A DNA stretch of 64,000 nt from a virus (Duplodnaviria > Caudoviricetes). The DNA lies in the IMG/VR virus record IMGVR_UViG_3300029288_000060, positions 1 through 64,000 of that record, one strand, 5' to 3'. The position numbers and the translations under genes are program-made. The notes beneath the pieces are model-generated. The model had not been told where the DNA came from and ran no database searches. It was given only the letters and a program-made list of their open reading frames with translations. Positions 1 through 8,620 of the stretch are shown piece after piece (positions within the stretch are counted from its first letter, which is position 1; each line of letters opens with the position of its first letter).

Positions 1-256
1 CATCTACTGTCTGAAAGATCGAGTGGTCAAGTCCAGAACCATTACATATGACGCACTTGTTTTTAATGTAAATACCCAAGTCTGAATTTTGTTGCCTCTG
101 AATCATGTAGGCAAGGATAATGTTTTTATCCCGCATTCTCTCTGCATCTTTCTCGCCTCCCCACAAAAATGTAGATACTACTTTTGTGCCAGTTACTTCA
201 AGACTTTCCAATCCCAGGTTTTTCGCGGAAACTTCAGCAACATCTTTTAAAATCAT
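1..256 (-). CDS. Partial ORF (runs off window), hypothetical protein with a DnaJ-type CxxCxGxG zinc-finger motif
   Basis: Hand-translated MILKDVAEVSAK...KCVICNGSGLDH...; SD AAGGAGG upstream; copy of the minus-strand promoter motif at 310-321. Confidence 0.7.
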   Translation of the reverse strand, partial: MILKDVAEVSAKNLGLESLEVTGTKVVSTFLWGGEKDAERMRDKNIILAYMIQRQQNSDLGIYIKNKCVICNGSGLDHSIFQTVD

Positions 257-309
257 TGAATAACCTCCTTTTTAATTTTAACCACCCCGAAAATCTTTTA
301 TTTCAATAA

Positions 310-321
310 TTAATATATGTA
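310..321 (-). promoter_or_regulatory. Recurrent putative early promoter motif TAYATATATTAW (copies at 310-321, 29118-29129, 30955-30966, 31424-31435, 32150-32161, 35581-35592)
   Basis: Same 12-mer lies about 20-55 nt upstream of six minus-strand transcription units. Confidence 0.6.
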
Positions 322-367
322 ATCAATTAGTTTTTAACTGAATTTTTAGATTTTATTTTTTTAACAC

Positions 368-382
368 AGAACAAAATATAAA
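368..382 (+). promoter_or_regulatory. Recurrent putative middle/late promoter motif AGAACA-W5-TAAA (copies or variants starting at 368, 3661, 5775, 10200, 13462, 18631, 23392, 34170, 35643, 50524, 60044)
   Basis: Found in intergenic gaps upstream of plus-strand genes including polymerase, protease and major capsid. Confidence 0.65.
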
Positions 383-398
383 AATATTAGAGGATTAT

Positions 399-3300
399 AT
401 GTTCAGTATTAAAAGTTCTTTTGTTGATTGTCTTTCTTGTGAATTGTTTTCAGAACCATCTTGTATATTAGAGACCAATGTAAAATACTTAAATGAAGTT
501 AAAATTGTTTTTATTGCCGAGAATCCTGGTAAAGATGAAATATTACAAGGTTTACCATTAGTAGGTAAAGCTGGAAAATTATTTAGAAAATATTTTGAAA
601 AATTTGGATTAAATAAAATACCATATCTTTTAACCAATGTTGTTTTATGTCAAACTTTAAAAGAAGATGGAACAACAGGAAATCCATCACTTGAAGTTAT
701 TGAAAAATGTAAAGTAAATTGTATGAAAATTATTGAAAATTGTAATCCTGATTTAATAGTTTTGATGGGTTCATCTCCAACAAGTGCTTTTGGTTTATTA
801 CCTAAAGGAACAGGTATTACAAATATTAGGGGTGAGAAATTTAGTTGGAATAATAAAGATGTTTTTATTATGCTACATCCTTCATATATTAATAGAAATA
901 AAAGTATGGAACCAACTTTTGAAAATGATATGAAAAAAGTTGCGGAATTAATTGGAATAAAAACAATAACAGAACAACCAAATAAAGTAAATATAAAAAC
1001 AAAAAATGGAGTTTTCTATTATAAAATTCCAGATAAATATTATACATCAAACTATAAATTAATTGATGTACAATTTTTAAATAAAACAAATGAAGTTTTA
1101 TATATTTTTAGAGATAAAGATAATAAAAAAGAATATTATAAGACAAATGATGATTATGTATGTTATCAAATATCTGACGAGAGTAAAGCGAGAAAAGTAG
1201 TTAATTATAATGATTTAAATCAGATAGTAGTTTCATATAAAAATAAATATTCATTGAATCCAAAAATAACTTATGAAGGCGATTTAAAAATTACAACTAA
1301 ACATGCAATGGATTATTATATATTAAAAAAGGAAGAAGAACCAGATTTACCAATGAATATTATGTTTTTAGATATTGAAACATACTCAGAAACAAAGGTT
1401 CATAGTAACGCAATAGATGTTGAAGACGCAATTGCAATAATTAGATATTCATATAATGGAATAAAAAAATCATTAGTATTAGATCCAAAAATTTTAAAAA
1501 TAACTGATCAAAAAATTGATTTAAGTAATAAAGAAATTGTCGTGTGTAATTCGGAAGTAACATCATTAAATACATTTTTTAATGATATAAGAAATTTAGA
1601 TCCGAATTTTATTAGTGGTTGGTATAGTAATGATTTTGATATGCAATATATAATAAACAGATCCAAAAAAATCAATGTTGATTGCAGAAAAATATCAAAT
1701 TTTGGAGAAGCAGATTATAACAAATATCAATTTTATCCTGATGCTGCTGGAATTGTTTTTTTAGATATGTTAGAATTATATAAACAATTTACATTTGGCG
1801 GCAGGGAAAGTTACTCATTAGATTTTATTGGTAATTTAGAGTTAAAAAAAGGAAAAAATGAAAAAAGTTCTGACTTTTCAGATTTATTTAGAACAGATAT
1901 AAATCGTGCTATTAGGTATAACATTAATGACGTTGATTTATTGGAAGAATTAGATAAAAAATTGAAACACATCTTTTTTCAAGATGAATTAAAAAGAATT
2001 TGTAAAACCAGCTTTAGAGGATCAAAATCTGTCTTAGGTCAGATAGATTCCTTATTAGTCTCATTTTTGAAAGAAAAAGGATATTCCTCAAAAAATTCAG
2101 AAGTTATTGAAGGGGAAGAAAAATTCGAAGGTGCATATGTGCAAGAACCTATTGTTGGGGCACATGATTATATAGTGGATTTTGATTTTACTTCTCTATA
2201 CCCATCGTTGATTTTAACTTATAATATTGGTGTAAATACTTTTGTAATGAAATTGAAAGATTATCATATGGGTTATGATTTAGTTTACAATCCTGAAAAA
2301 TTACCTGAACAAATTGATGTTGTTATTGATCCTGTTTTTGAAAATAAATCTGTTACTATTGCTAGAGATCAATTATTAAATAAAATAAAATCTAGCAACT
2401 TGGTTTATACAATCAATGGTTGTTTTTTTAAAAACCATAATACTGAATTGTCATATTTTGCAGAAGTGTTAGAAATGTTATTAGGATCTAGAAAACTTTA
2501 TAAAAAGAAAATGTTTGAAGCAAAAAATGCAAAAAACGAAGAAAAAGAAAAATTGTTTGATACTCGTCAGTTAGTATACAAAGTTTTAGCTAACACTTGT
2601 TATGGAGTTCTCGCAAATAAAGTATTCAGATTTTTTAATATTGATTCTGCAAGATCAATTACATTGAGTGGTCAGGAAGCTATTAAAAATGTAATGATAT
2701 CTGGAGAAAATTATATTGAGTCTAAAAGAACAAATAAACCATTTGAAGTTAAAGAGATTACTAAACAACAAATGTTTTCTGATAATATGGGTCTAACATT
2801 TAAAAATCTTGTGACAGGAGACACCGATAGTATCTTTCTAAAATATGATAATATCATAGATAAAACAAAGTCTAACGAAGAAAAATTAGATTTTGTAAAT
2901 AATTTAAATAAAGAAGTACAAGATTTTCTAAACAATGATATAGTAAAAAGAATTGTTTTAAAACATAATGTTCCAGAAAATAAAAATAGATTAGATCTTA
3001 AAAATGAGCTAGTAATTAAAAGAGGGTTATTTTTAGCTAAAAAAAGATATGCTCTTTATATTATTAGTCAAGAAGGGAATGAAACTTCAGAAATTAAAGC
3101 TATGGGATTAGAAATTAAAAGATCGGATTTTTCAAAAGTCACAAAAGATTATTTAAAAGAGGTTCTTGAACTAATATTAAAACCCGAGAAGTTAACAATG
3201 ACAAAAGTATTAAATTATGTAACTGACAAACAAGAAATGTTTACTAAGATTATTTCATCTGGAGTTACTAAAATTGGAAGACCTGTATCATTTGGAAAGA

Positions 3301-3641
3301 AAATTTCAGAATACAAGACTTTATCTCAAGGTGTAAAGTCAATGGTTAACTGGAATAATTTGGAATATCATATATTTGATGTTGGATCGAGAGCGTATTT
3401 GTTCAAATTAAAAGGTATTGATTTAGATAAAGCTCCAGAGGAGGTAAGATTAAATTTTGATAAACATTTTCTAAAGAAAGGAGTTAAATTAGAGGTCATT
3501 GCAGTTCCAGAAGAAGTAGAGAAACTACCGGAATATTATATTATAGATGTAAAAGATATGGTAAATTTTGCGTGGACAGATAGATATAATTTATTATTAG
3601 AACCATTAATAACTAAAAAACAAGAAATATTAACGTTTTAA
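399..3641 (+). CDS. polB: Family-B DNA polymerase with N-terminal family-4 uracil-DNA glycosylase domain
   Basis: UDG: CxxC, AENPGKDE, GKAGK, TNVVLC, HPSY. Exonuclease: FLDIET, YNINDV. Polymerase: DFTSLYPS, KVLANTCYG, GDTDS, KKRY. Confidence 0.95.
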   Translation: MFSIKSSFVDCLSCELFSEPSCILETNVKYLNEVKIVFIAENPGKDEILQGLPLVGKAGKLFRKYFEKFGLNKIPYLLTNVVLCQTLKEDGTTGNPSLEVIEKCKVNCMKIIENCNPDLIVLMGSSPTSAFGLLPKGTGITNIRGEKFSWNNKDVFIMLHPSYINRNKSMEPTFENDMKKVAELIGIKTITEQPNKVNIKTKNGVFYYKIPDKYYTSNYKLIDVQFLNKTNEVLYIFRDKDNKKEYYKTNDDYVCYQISDESKARKVVNYNDLNQIVVSYKNKYSLNPKITYEGDLKITTKHAMDYYILKKEEEPDLPMNIMFLDIETYSETKVHSNAIDVEDAIAIIRYSYNGIKKSLVLDPKILKITDQKIDLSNKEIVVCNSEVTSLNTFFNDIRNLDPNFISGWYSNDFDMQYIINRSKKINVDCRKISNFGEADYNKYQFYPDAAGIVFLDMLELYKQFTFGGRESYSLDFIGNLELKKGKNEKSSDFSDLFRTDINRAIRYNINDVDLLEELDKKLKHIFFQDELKRICKTSFRGSKSVLGQIDSLLVSFLKEKGYSSKNSEVIEGEEKFEGAYVQEPIVGAHDYIVDFDFTSLYPSLILTYNIGVNTFVMKLKDYHMGYDLVYNPEKLPEQIDVVIDPVFENKSVTIARDQLLNKIKSSNLVYTINGCFFKNHNTELSYFAEVLEMLLGSRKLYKKKMFEAKNAKNEEKEKLFDTRQLVYKVLANTCYGVLANKVFRFFNIDSARSITLSGQEAIKNVMISGENYIESKRTNKPFEVKEITKQQMFSDNMGLTFKNLVTGDTDSIFLKYDNIIDKTKSNEEKLDFVNNLNKEVQDFLNNDIVKRIVLKHNVPENKNRLDLKNELVIKRGLFLAKKRYALYIISQEGNETSEIKAMGLEIKRSDFSKVTKDYLKEVLELILKPEKLTMTKVLNYVTDKQEMFTKIISSGVTKIGRPVSFGKKISEYKTLSQGVKSMVNWNNLEYHIFDVGSRAYLFKLKGIDLDKAPEEVRLNFDKHFLKKGVKLEVIAVPEEVEKLPEYYIIDVKDMVNFAWTDRYNLLLEPLITKKQEILTF

Positions 3642-3687
3642 GAATTTTATTTTAAATAATAGAACAAATATAAGAATAGGAGGTTTA

Positions 3688-4338
3688 ATGAAAACTATAG
3701 AAAGTTTTGTAACATGGCAGGGTGAGGGAGTTGATACAGGACAGAGAATGCTTATTTTAAGATTTAAAAAATGTAATAGGAAATGTCTATGGTGCGACAC
3801 AGCAGTAAAAATGAGAACAAGTATGGAAACAGAAATTACATTAGAGTCAATCCAAGAAATAGTAAATAATGAAAAATGTGGAATCATGGTCACAGGCGGA
3901 GAACCCACATATCAAGATAACCTTAAAGAAACAGTTGGTATAATAAACAAAATTGATTGTTCTATTTTTAATGTTGAAACTAATGGATTTGATTTAGAAT
4001 CATTAATAAAACAAGTCAATCCAGGCAAAAATGTTAATTATTCATTATCCCCAAAACTATTTAAATCTGATGACCTTAGTTTTTATATTGATCTAATAAA
4101 TAAAATAGAAAATCAAAAAAATGTATATATTAAATTAGTATATGAAGAAAGAGATTTAGTCATTAAATTTTTAGAATATTTAAAAAGGATAGAATTTGAC
4201 AATAATAGAATTTTCTTAATGCCAGAAGGAGCAATAAAAGAAGAAATCTTAAAGCATGCACCTATAGTTTTTGATGCTGCAGAAAAATATAAAGTAAATT
4301 TTAGTTCAAGAGAACATATAATTTATGGTTTTGTATAA
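3688..4338 (+). CDS. queE: 7-carboxy-7-deazaguanine synthase-like radical SAM enzyme
   Basis: ESFVTWQGEG, CNRKCLWCDT (CxxxCxxC), VTGGEP, VETNG, SLSPK, FLMPEG. Confidence 0.9.
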   Translation: MKTIESFVTWQGEGVDTGQRMLILRFKKCNRKCLWCDTAVKMRTSMETEITLESIQEIVNNEKCGIMVTGGEPTYQDNLKETVGIINKIDCSIFNVETNGFDLESLIKQVNPGKNVNYSLSPKLFKSDDLSFYIDLINKIENQKNVYIKLVYEERDLVIKFLEYLKRIEFDNNRIFLMPEGAIKEEILKHAPIVFDAAEKYKVNFSSREHIIYGFV

Positions 4339-4350
4339 AATTAAAAGGGG

Positions 4351-4611
4351 GTGAGTAGTAAAGTGAAAAAGATAGAGAATCAATTAGAAGGTGTAGTTGT
4401 AGTGTTAAGAGAGGATGAATCGATTCAATCTTTAATTAAAAGATTTAAAAAGAAAGTAAGTAAAAATGAAATTATGAAAGACATAAAAAGACATATGTTT
4501 TATGAAAAACCGAGTAGAACTAGAAAAAGAAAGAGAGTAGAAGCTGAATCGAGAAGAAGAAAAGAAGAAGAAAAACGAATGAAAGGAAGGAATATTAATG
4601 AAAAAGATTGA
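4351..4611 (+). CDS. rpsU: Ribosomal protein bS21
   Basis: VVLREDESIQSLIKRFKKKV...IKRHMFYEKPSRTRKRK signature; GTG start. Confidence 0.9.
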   Translation: MSSKVKKIENQLEGVVVVLREDESIQSLIKRFKKKVSKNEIMKDIKRHMFYEKPSRTRKRKRVEAESRRRKEEEKRMKGRNINEKD

Positions 4612-4867
4612 TGCAATAAATGACCATGTTGTAGTACAGGAGTTTTCCAGTGCAGAAGTAACCACAGAAGCAGGAATAGTTATTCCTAATACTGTAAGAA
4701 CTGAACCCCAAAAATATGGTAAGGTATTAAGTATAGGCGAAGAAGTAAAAAATGTAAAAGTTGATGATATTGTAGTTTTTCATCAATCAGGTGGACAGGT
4801 TATTATGCTTGATGGTATGATACAAAGAGTTTTAAAAAATGAAGAAATATATGGTATTTTAAAGTAA
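4598..4867 (+). CDS. groES: Co-chaperonin GroES
   Basis: AINDHVVV, TEAGIVIP, GKVLSIG, VKVDDIV, EEIYGIL. Confidence 0.9.
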   Translation: MKKIDAINDHVVVQEFSSAEVTTEAGIVIPNTVRTEPQKYGKVLSIGEEVKNVKVDDIVVFHQSGGQVIMLDGMIQRVLKNEEIYGILK

Positions 4868-4872
4868 AAAGC

Positions 4873-4913
4873 AAAAAAGGTTGATAGAGTCAAAATCTCT
4901 ATCAACCTTTTTT
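4873..4913 (+). terminator. Intrinsic terminator (possibly bidirectional)
   Basis: AAAAAAGGTTGATAGAG / CTCTATCAACCTTTTTT inverted repeat with T tract. Confidence 0.8.
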
Positions 4914-4918
4914 TAAAA

Positions 4919-5365
4919 ATGAAAGTAATTCATGGAGATTTATTCTCAAAAACAATTATGAATTTTGCAGATGCCATTTGTATTACTACAAATGGTGTCA
5001 TCAAAAAAGATGGAAGAAATGTAATGGGTCATGGTTGTGCATTAGATGCTAGAAATAAATTCAAAGATATTGATTTAAAATTGGGAAATTTAATTAAAGA
5101 GAATGGAAATATAGTTCAAATTATATTATGGCAGCCAAAACCAATTATTTCATTTCCAACAAAAGATAACTTTTGGGAAAAATCCACAGTTTCATTAATT
5201 AAAATATCACTGATTCAATTAATTTCTTTAACAGATCAAATGAATTGGAAAAAAGTTATTCTTCCAAGACCAGGATGTAATAATGGAGGTTTAAGTTGGA
5301 TTGGATTAATAAAACCTTTATTAGAACAAATATTAGATGAGAGGTTTTTGGTGATAAGTAAATGA
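4919..5365 (+). CDS. Macrodomain (ADP-ribose binding/hydrolase) protein
   Basis: IHGDLF, TTNG...VMGHGCA, FPTK, LPRPGCNNGGLSW. Confidence 0.85.
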   Translation: MKVIHGDLFSKTIMNFADAICITTNGVIKKDGRNVMGHGCALDARNKFKDIDLKLGNLIKENGNIVQIILWQPKPIISFPTKDNFWEKSTVSLIKISLIQLISLTDQMNWKKVILPRPGCNNGGLSWIGLIKPLLEQILDERFLVISK

Positions 5366-5730
5366 AAAATAAGAGTGAAATTGATAAAATAAATAAACAG
5401 ATTAATATAAGAAGACTTTCTTTGTATATTGAAGAAATAATAACAGATAATTTAAAGGATTTTGTTTGGGAAATAAAAGATGAAAACACAAAATATTTGA
5501 TGTTAAATAATATTAAAAATATATTAAATCATTTTTGTAAATTAGATATTATAGATAGTTATTCAATTGAATCATCATATAATAAAAAAGAATTAAACTG
5601 GATACAAAAAGTATTTTGTGAGGAATTCAAAAGATACAATTATGAAGAAATATTATATACAATAGAGATTTTAACGAAAAAATTTGACCCTTTAAAACCA
5701 ATTAAGTTAGAGATGAAGATTGAAATATAA
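5362..5730 (+). CDS. Hypothetical protein resembling an isolated tail-sheath C-terminal domain
   Basis: INIRRLSLYIEE...FVWEIKDENT resembles the sheath INVRRL..YIE...FVFEPND motif. Confidence 0.5.
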   Translation: MKNKSEIDKINKQINIRRLSLYIEEIITDNLKDFVWEIKDENTKYLMLNNIKNILNHFCKLDIIDSYSIESSYNKKELNWIQKVFCEEFKRYNYEEILYTIEILTKKFDPLKPIKLEMKIEI

Positions 5731-5817
5731 AATATATTATATTAAAAAAGTTTTGGTGTCCTTGTTTATTTTATAGAACATATTATAAAATAAAAAAATT
5801 TTTTATAGGAGAATCGG

Positions 5818-5976
5818 GTGAAAGCAAAAAGTTTTATTATTGATGAGAAAATTCATAGTTTGATAAAAATTTTAGCAATTAATGAAAATAAGAAAGTTTA
5901 TCAACTGGTGAATGAAGCTCTAGAAGATCTCCTTAAAAAATACAAGGAGAAAGAAAGTGATAACATCAAGAGGTAG
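5818..5976 (+). CDS. Small ribbon-helix-helix (CopG-like) DNA-binding protein, 52 aa, absent from ORF track
   Basis: GTG start after AGGAG; MKAKSFIIDEKIHSLIKILAINENKKVYQLVNEALEDLLKKY... Confidence 0.7.
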   Translation: MKAKSFIIDEKIHSLIKILAINENKKVYQLVNEALEDLLKKYKEKESDNIKR

Positions 5977-6772
5977 AAATTTAGGAGATCACGTTTTATT
6001 AGGTAATTATAAAGATGGTTTTGAATTAAGGTGCAAATTTTGTGGAAAAATTTGGTTCAATAAAACTCCAAATAAAACTTGTAGTGAAGAATGTTATAGA
6101 GAATTAATTAGAAAACAAATGAAAGAAAATAATCCTTTGAGCAATCTTGAAATAAGAGAAAGACAAAGAATAGCTAATGGTAGACCAGAATGTAGAGAGA
6201 AGAAACGTAAATATACTACTGAACATAATCCAATGAGTAATCCTGAGATAAAAGAAAAACATAAATTGAAAATGAAAAATAATTTATCAGGAAAAAATAA
6301 TCCATTATATACAAAACCAGATGCATTAGAAAATTTAAGAAAGGTAGCAAAATCCGCAGAATGTCGAAAAGCAAAAAGTGAATCAACAAAATTGTCATAT
6401 AAAGAAGGCAGACACCCGATGTGTTTTGAAGAAAATAAGTTGAAAGTTAGTATATCTAATTCTAAACCTTATACTAATTCAAAAAACTATTTAGAATATT
6501 GTGAAGCTGTAAATCAGCAAACTAATAGAAGTTTAGTTAAGCACAAGAAAAATATTAAAAATTATCACCTGAGAGGAAGAAAAGTTGGATATCAATTAGA
6601 TCATAAATTTTCAGTTATCGAAGGGTTTTTACAAAAAATTGATCCAAAAATTATTGGTCATTGGAAGAATTTAGAAATATTGACTAGTCTAGATAACCAA
6701 AGAAAATGGAAGAAATGCTCGATAAATATGGAAACATTATTAGAAGAAATAAAAAATTGTGAGGAAACCTAA
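5957..6772 (+). CDS. Putative HNH-type homing endonuclease
   Basis: N-terminal CKFCGK/CSEEC zinc motif, repeated NP(L/M)SNxEI, C-terminal YQLDHKFS...HWKNLEIL...N. Confidence 0.7.
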   Translation: MITSRGRNLGDHVLLGNYKDGFELRCKFCGKIWFNKTPNKTCSEECYRELIRKQMKENNPLSNLEIRERQRIANGRPECREKKRKYTTEHNPMSNPEIKEKHKLKMKNNLSGKNNPLYTKPDALENLRKVAKSAECRKAKSESTKLSYKEGRHPMCFEENKLKVSISNSKPYTNSKNYLEYCEAVNQQTNRSLVKHKKNIKNYHLRGRKVGYQLDHKFSVIEGFLQKIDPKIIGHWKNLEILTSLDNQRKWKKCSINMETLLEEIKNCEET

Positions 6773-8151
6773 TGGCATCAGGATATACAGTAGCAGGGAT
6801 GGAAACTTTAGCAACAATTATTAATAATTTTATTAAAAATAAAAAAAATGATTTTGAAGATCATTTTACAAGAGAAGATATATCAAATTTCTTTGATAAT
6901 GTTTGTAATAGGTTTCTTCATTCTTATGGTCAAAATTTTAGAGGCAAAAAGAATTATGATAATTATAATCAAAAGGAATATGAATTATATAAAAATGTTA
7001 AAGATACTGGTTTTTTTGATAAAAGTTCATTAATAGTTGATAGTGGAGCATATCAAATTTCAATTGGTCTTTTAACCAGAAAAGAGTCAGATATTTTATT
7101 TGATAAGTTTTATAATTTTTTAACTGATTATTATGAATCATTTGATGAAGCTTTTATTTTAGATTTACCACCAGGACCTGGCTGTCAAATTTTCTCAAAT
7201 TTTAAAGAGGTATATGACAAAAATTTGGCATCATATTCTATAGCTGCTAATTTACCAGAACATGCCAGAAAAAAGGTAGTTTACATACATCATTTTAGAA
7301 CGCCAAAACTTTGGGATATATATACAAAAATACTTCGAGATAATGACTTTTATAAATATTTCAACAAATTCTCTACAGGCGGAATAGTTGCAAATTCAGC
7401 AGGAGATTCTGAAATTCCATGTATCATTTATGTTCTTCCATTAATACCTTTATTAAATGAAACAATTAAACATAAAAGAAGTAAATTAGATTTTCACGTT
7501 TTAGGTGGAGCAACTTATAGAGACATATTTTTCTATGAATTGTTTAAATTACACGTAAAAAAGATTCATAATATTGACTTAAACATAACTTATGATTCTT
7601 CTGGATTGTTCAAAGGTTTAATGATTGGACGATATTTTTCAATATTAGATGATAATAAAATAAGAAAAGTTGATATTAGAAGTTGCAATTTAAATATGAG
7701 ATTTAAAAATGATATTAAAATACAAGATGTATGTAATAATGTAATGAATCAATTATCTGAAAAATATAATTTTAAAAAGTTAAATTTTGATAATATTTAC
7801 AATTCAAAAACAGGAACTTTTTATGAATCAGTTAAAATTTATTTGATGTTATATATGTTGGAATTTTATTTAGAAGTTGAATTATTGTTAAAACAAAAAA
7901 CAGAAGAAATCTACACCCATTATGAATCTGGTAGTATTGAAACTTTTATATCTGCTGCGGAACAAATAACTAGAGATTTGAATCAAGGGAAAATTAGTAG
8001 AAAACAAATTTCTAAATCAAATAGTATAGTTAAATCATTAAACATGTTAACTAGTTTAGATGAGAATTTTTGTGAGTATGTTATAGATAAATTCCTCTCA
8101 AAAGATGAATTTATAAATTTAACAAAAAATGGTCAGTTATTAACATTTTAA
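6772..8151 (+). CDS. tRNA-guanine transglycosylase-fold protein, probable DpdA-like DNA 7-deazaguanine transglycosylase
   Basis: DSGAYQ, ILDLP, STGG, FHVLG, TYDSS motifs in TGT order; queE nearby. Confidence 0.7.
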   Translation: MASGYTVAGMETLATIINNFIKNKKNDFEDHFTREDISNFFDNVCNRFLHSYGQNFRGKKNYDNYNQKEYELYKNVKDTGFFDKSSLIVDSGAYQISIGLLTRKESDILFDKFYNFLTDYYESFDEAFILDLPPGPGCQIFSNFKEVYDKNLASYSIAANLPEHARKKVVYIHHFRTPKLWDIYTKILRDNDFYKYFNKFSTGGIVANSAGDSEIPCIIYVLPLIPLLNETIKHKRSKLDFHVLGGATYRDIFFYELFKLHVKKIHNIDLNITYDSSGLFKGLMIGRYFSILDDNKIRKVDIRSCNLNMRFKNDIKIQDVCNNVMNQLSEKYNFKKLNFDNIYNSKTGTFYESVKIYLMLYMLEFYLEVELLLKQKTEEIYTHYESGSIETFISAAEQITRDLNQGKISRKQISKSNSIVKSLNMLTSLDENFCEYVIDKFLSKDEFINLTKNGQLLTF

Positions 8152-8161
8152 AGAGGGTATT

Positions 8162-8620
8162 ATGGAAGAAGGTTATGTAACATGTGACTTATGTAATGGA
8201 ACTGGATTTATATATGACAAACCATTCCTTACAAAATCAGTATGTAGTAAATGTTTTGGTCTAAAAAAATTAACTTGGCTTGAAAATATTTTAGGTAAAG
8301 ATAAATTTGATAGAATTGTTCTTGACCCATCATGTTGTACTTACACTGAAACGTGTACAATTGATGAAATAAATCCTAAAGATCTTTCATGGGCAATTAA
8401 ACATATAGCTGATAAAGGAACTATTGAGCTAAAATCAGGGGAATATGAATTAGATCCTAATATTCCATCAGTCATAGATAAAAAAATAACAATTACTGGA
8501 AAGGATTTTACTATAAAAAACGGACGGATAAAAAATATATCACCTTATGAACTAGAATTTTCTAATTGTTCTAATGCTACAATTAAGAATTTATATATAA
8601 CTTTGGATGTTACAAGATGA
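8162..8620 (+). CDS. Hypothetical protein with N-terminal DnaJ-type zinc finger
   Basis: CDLCNGTG...CSKCFG. Confidence 0.6.
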   Translation: MEEGYVTCDLCNGTGFIYDKPFLTKSVCSKCFGLKKLTWLENILGKDKFDRIVLDPSCCTYTETCTIDEINPKDLSWAIKHIADKGTIELKSGEYELDPNIPSVIDKKITITGKDFTIKNGRIKNISPYELEFSNCSNATIKNLYITLDVTR

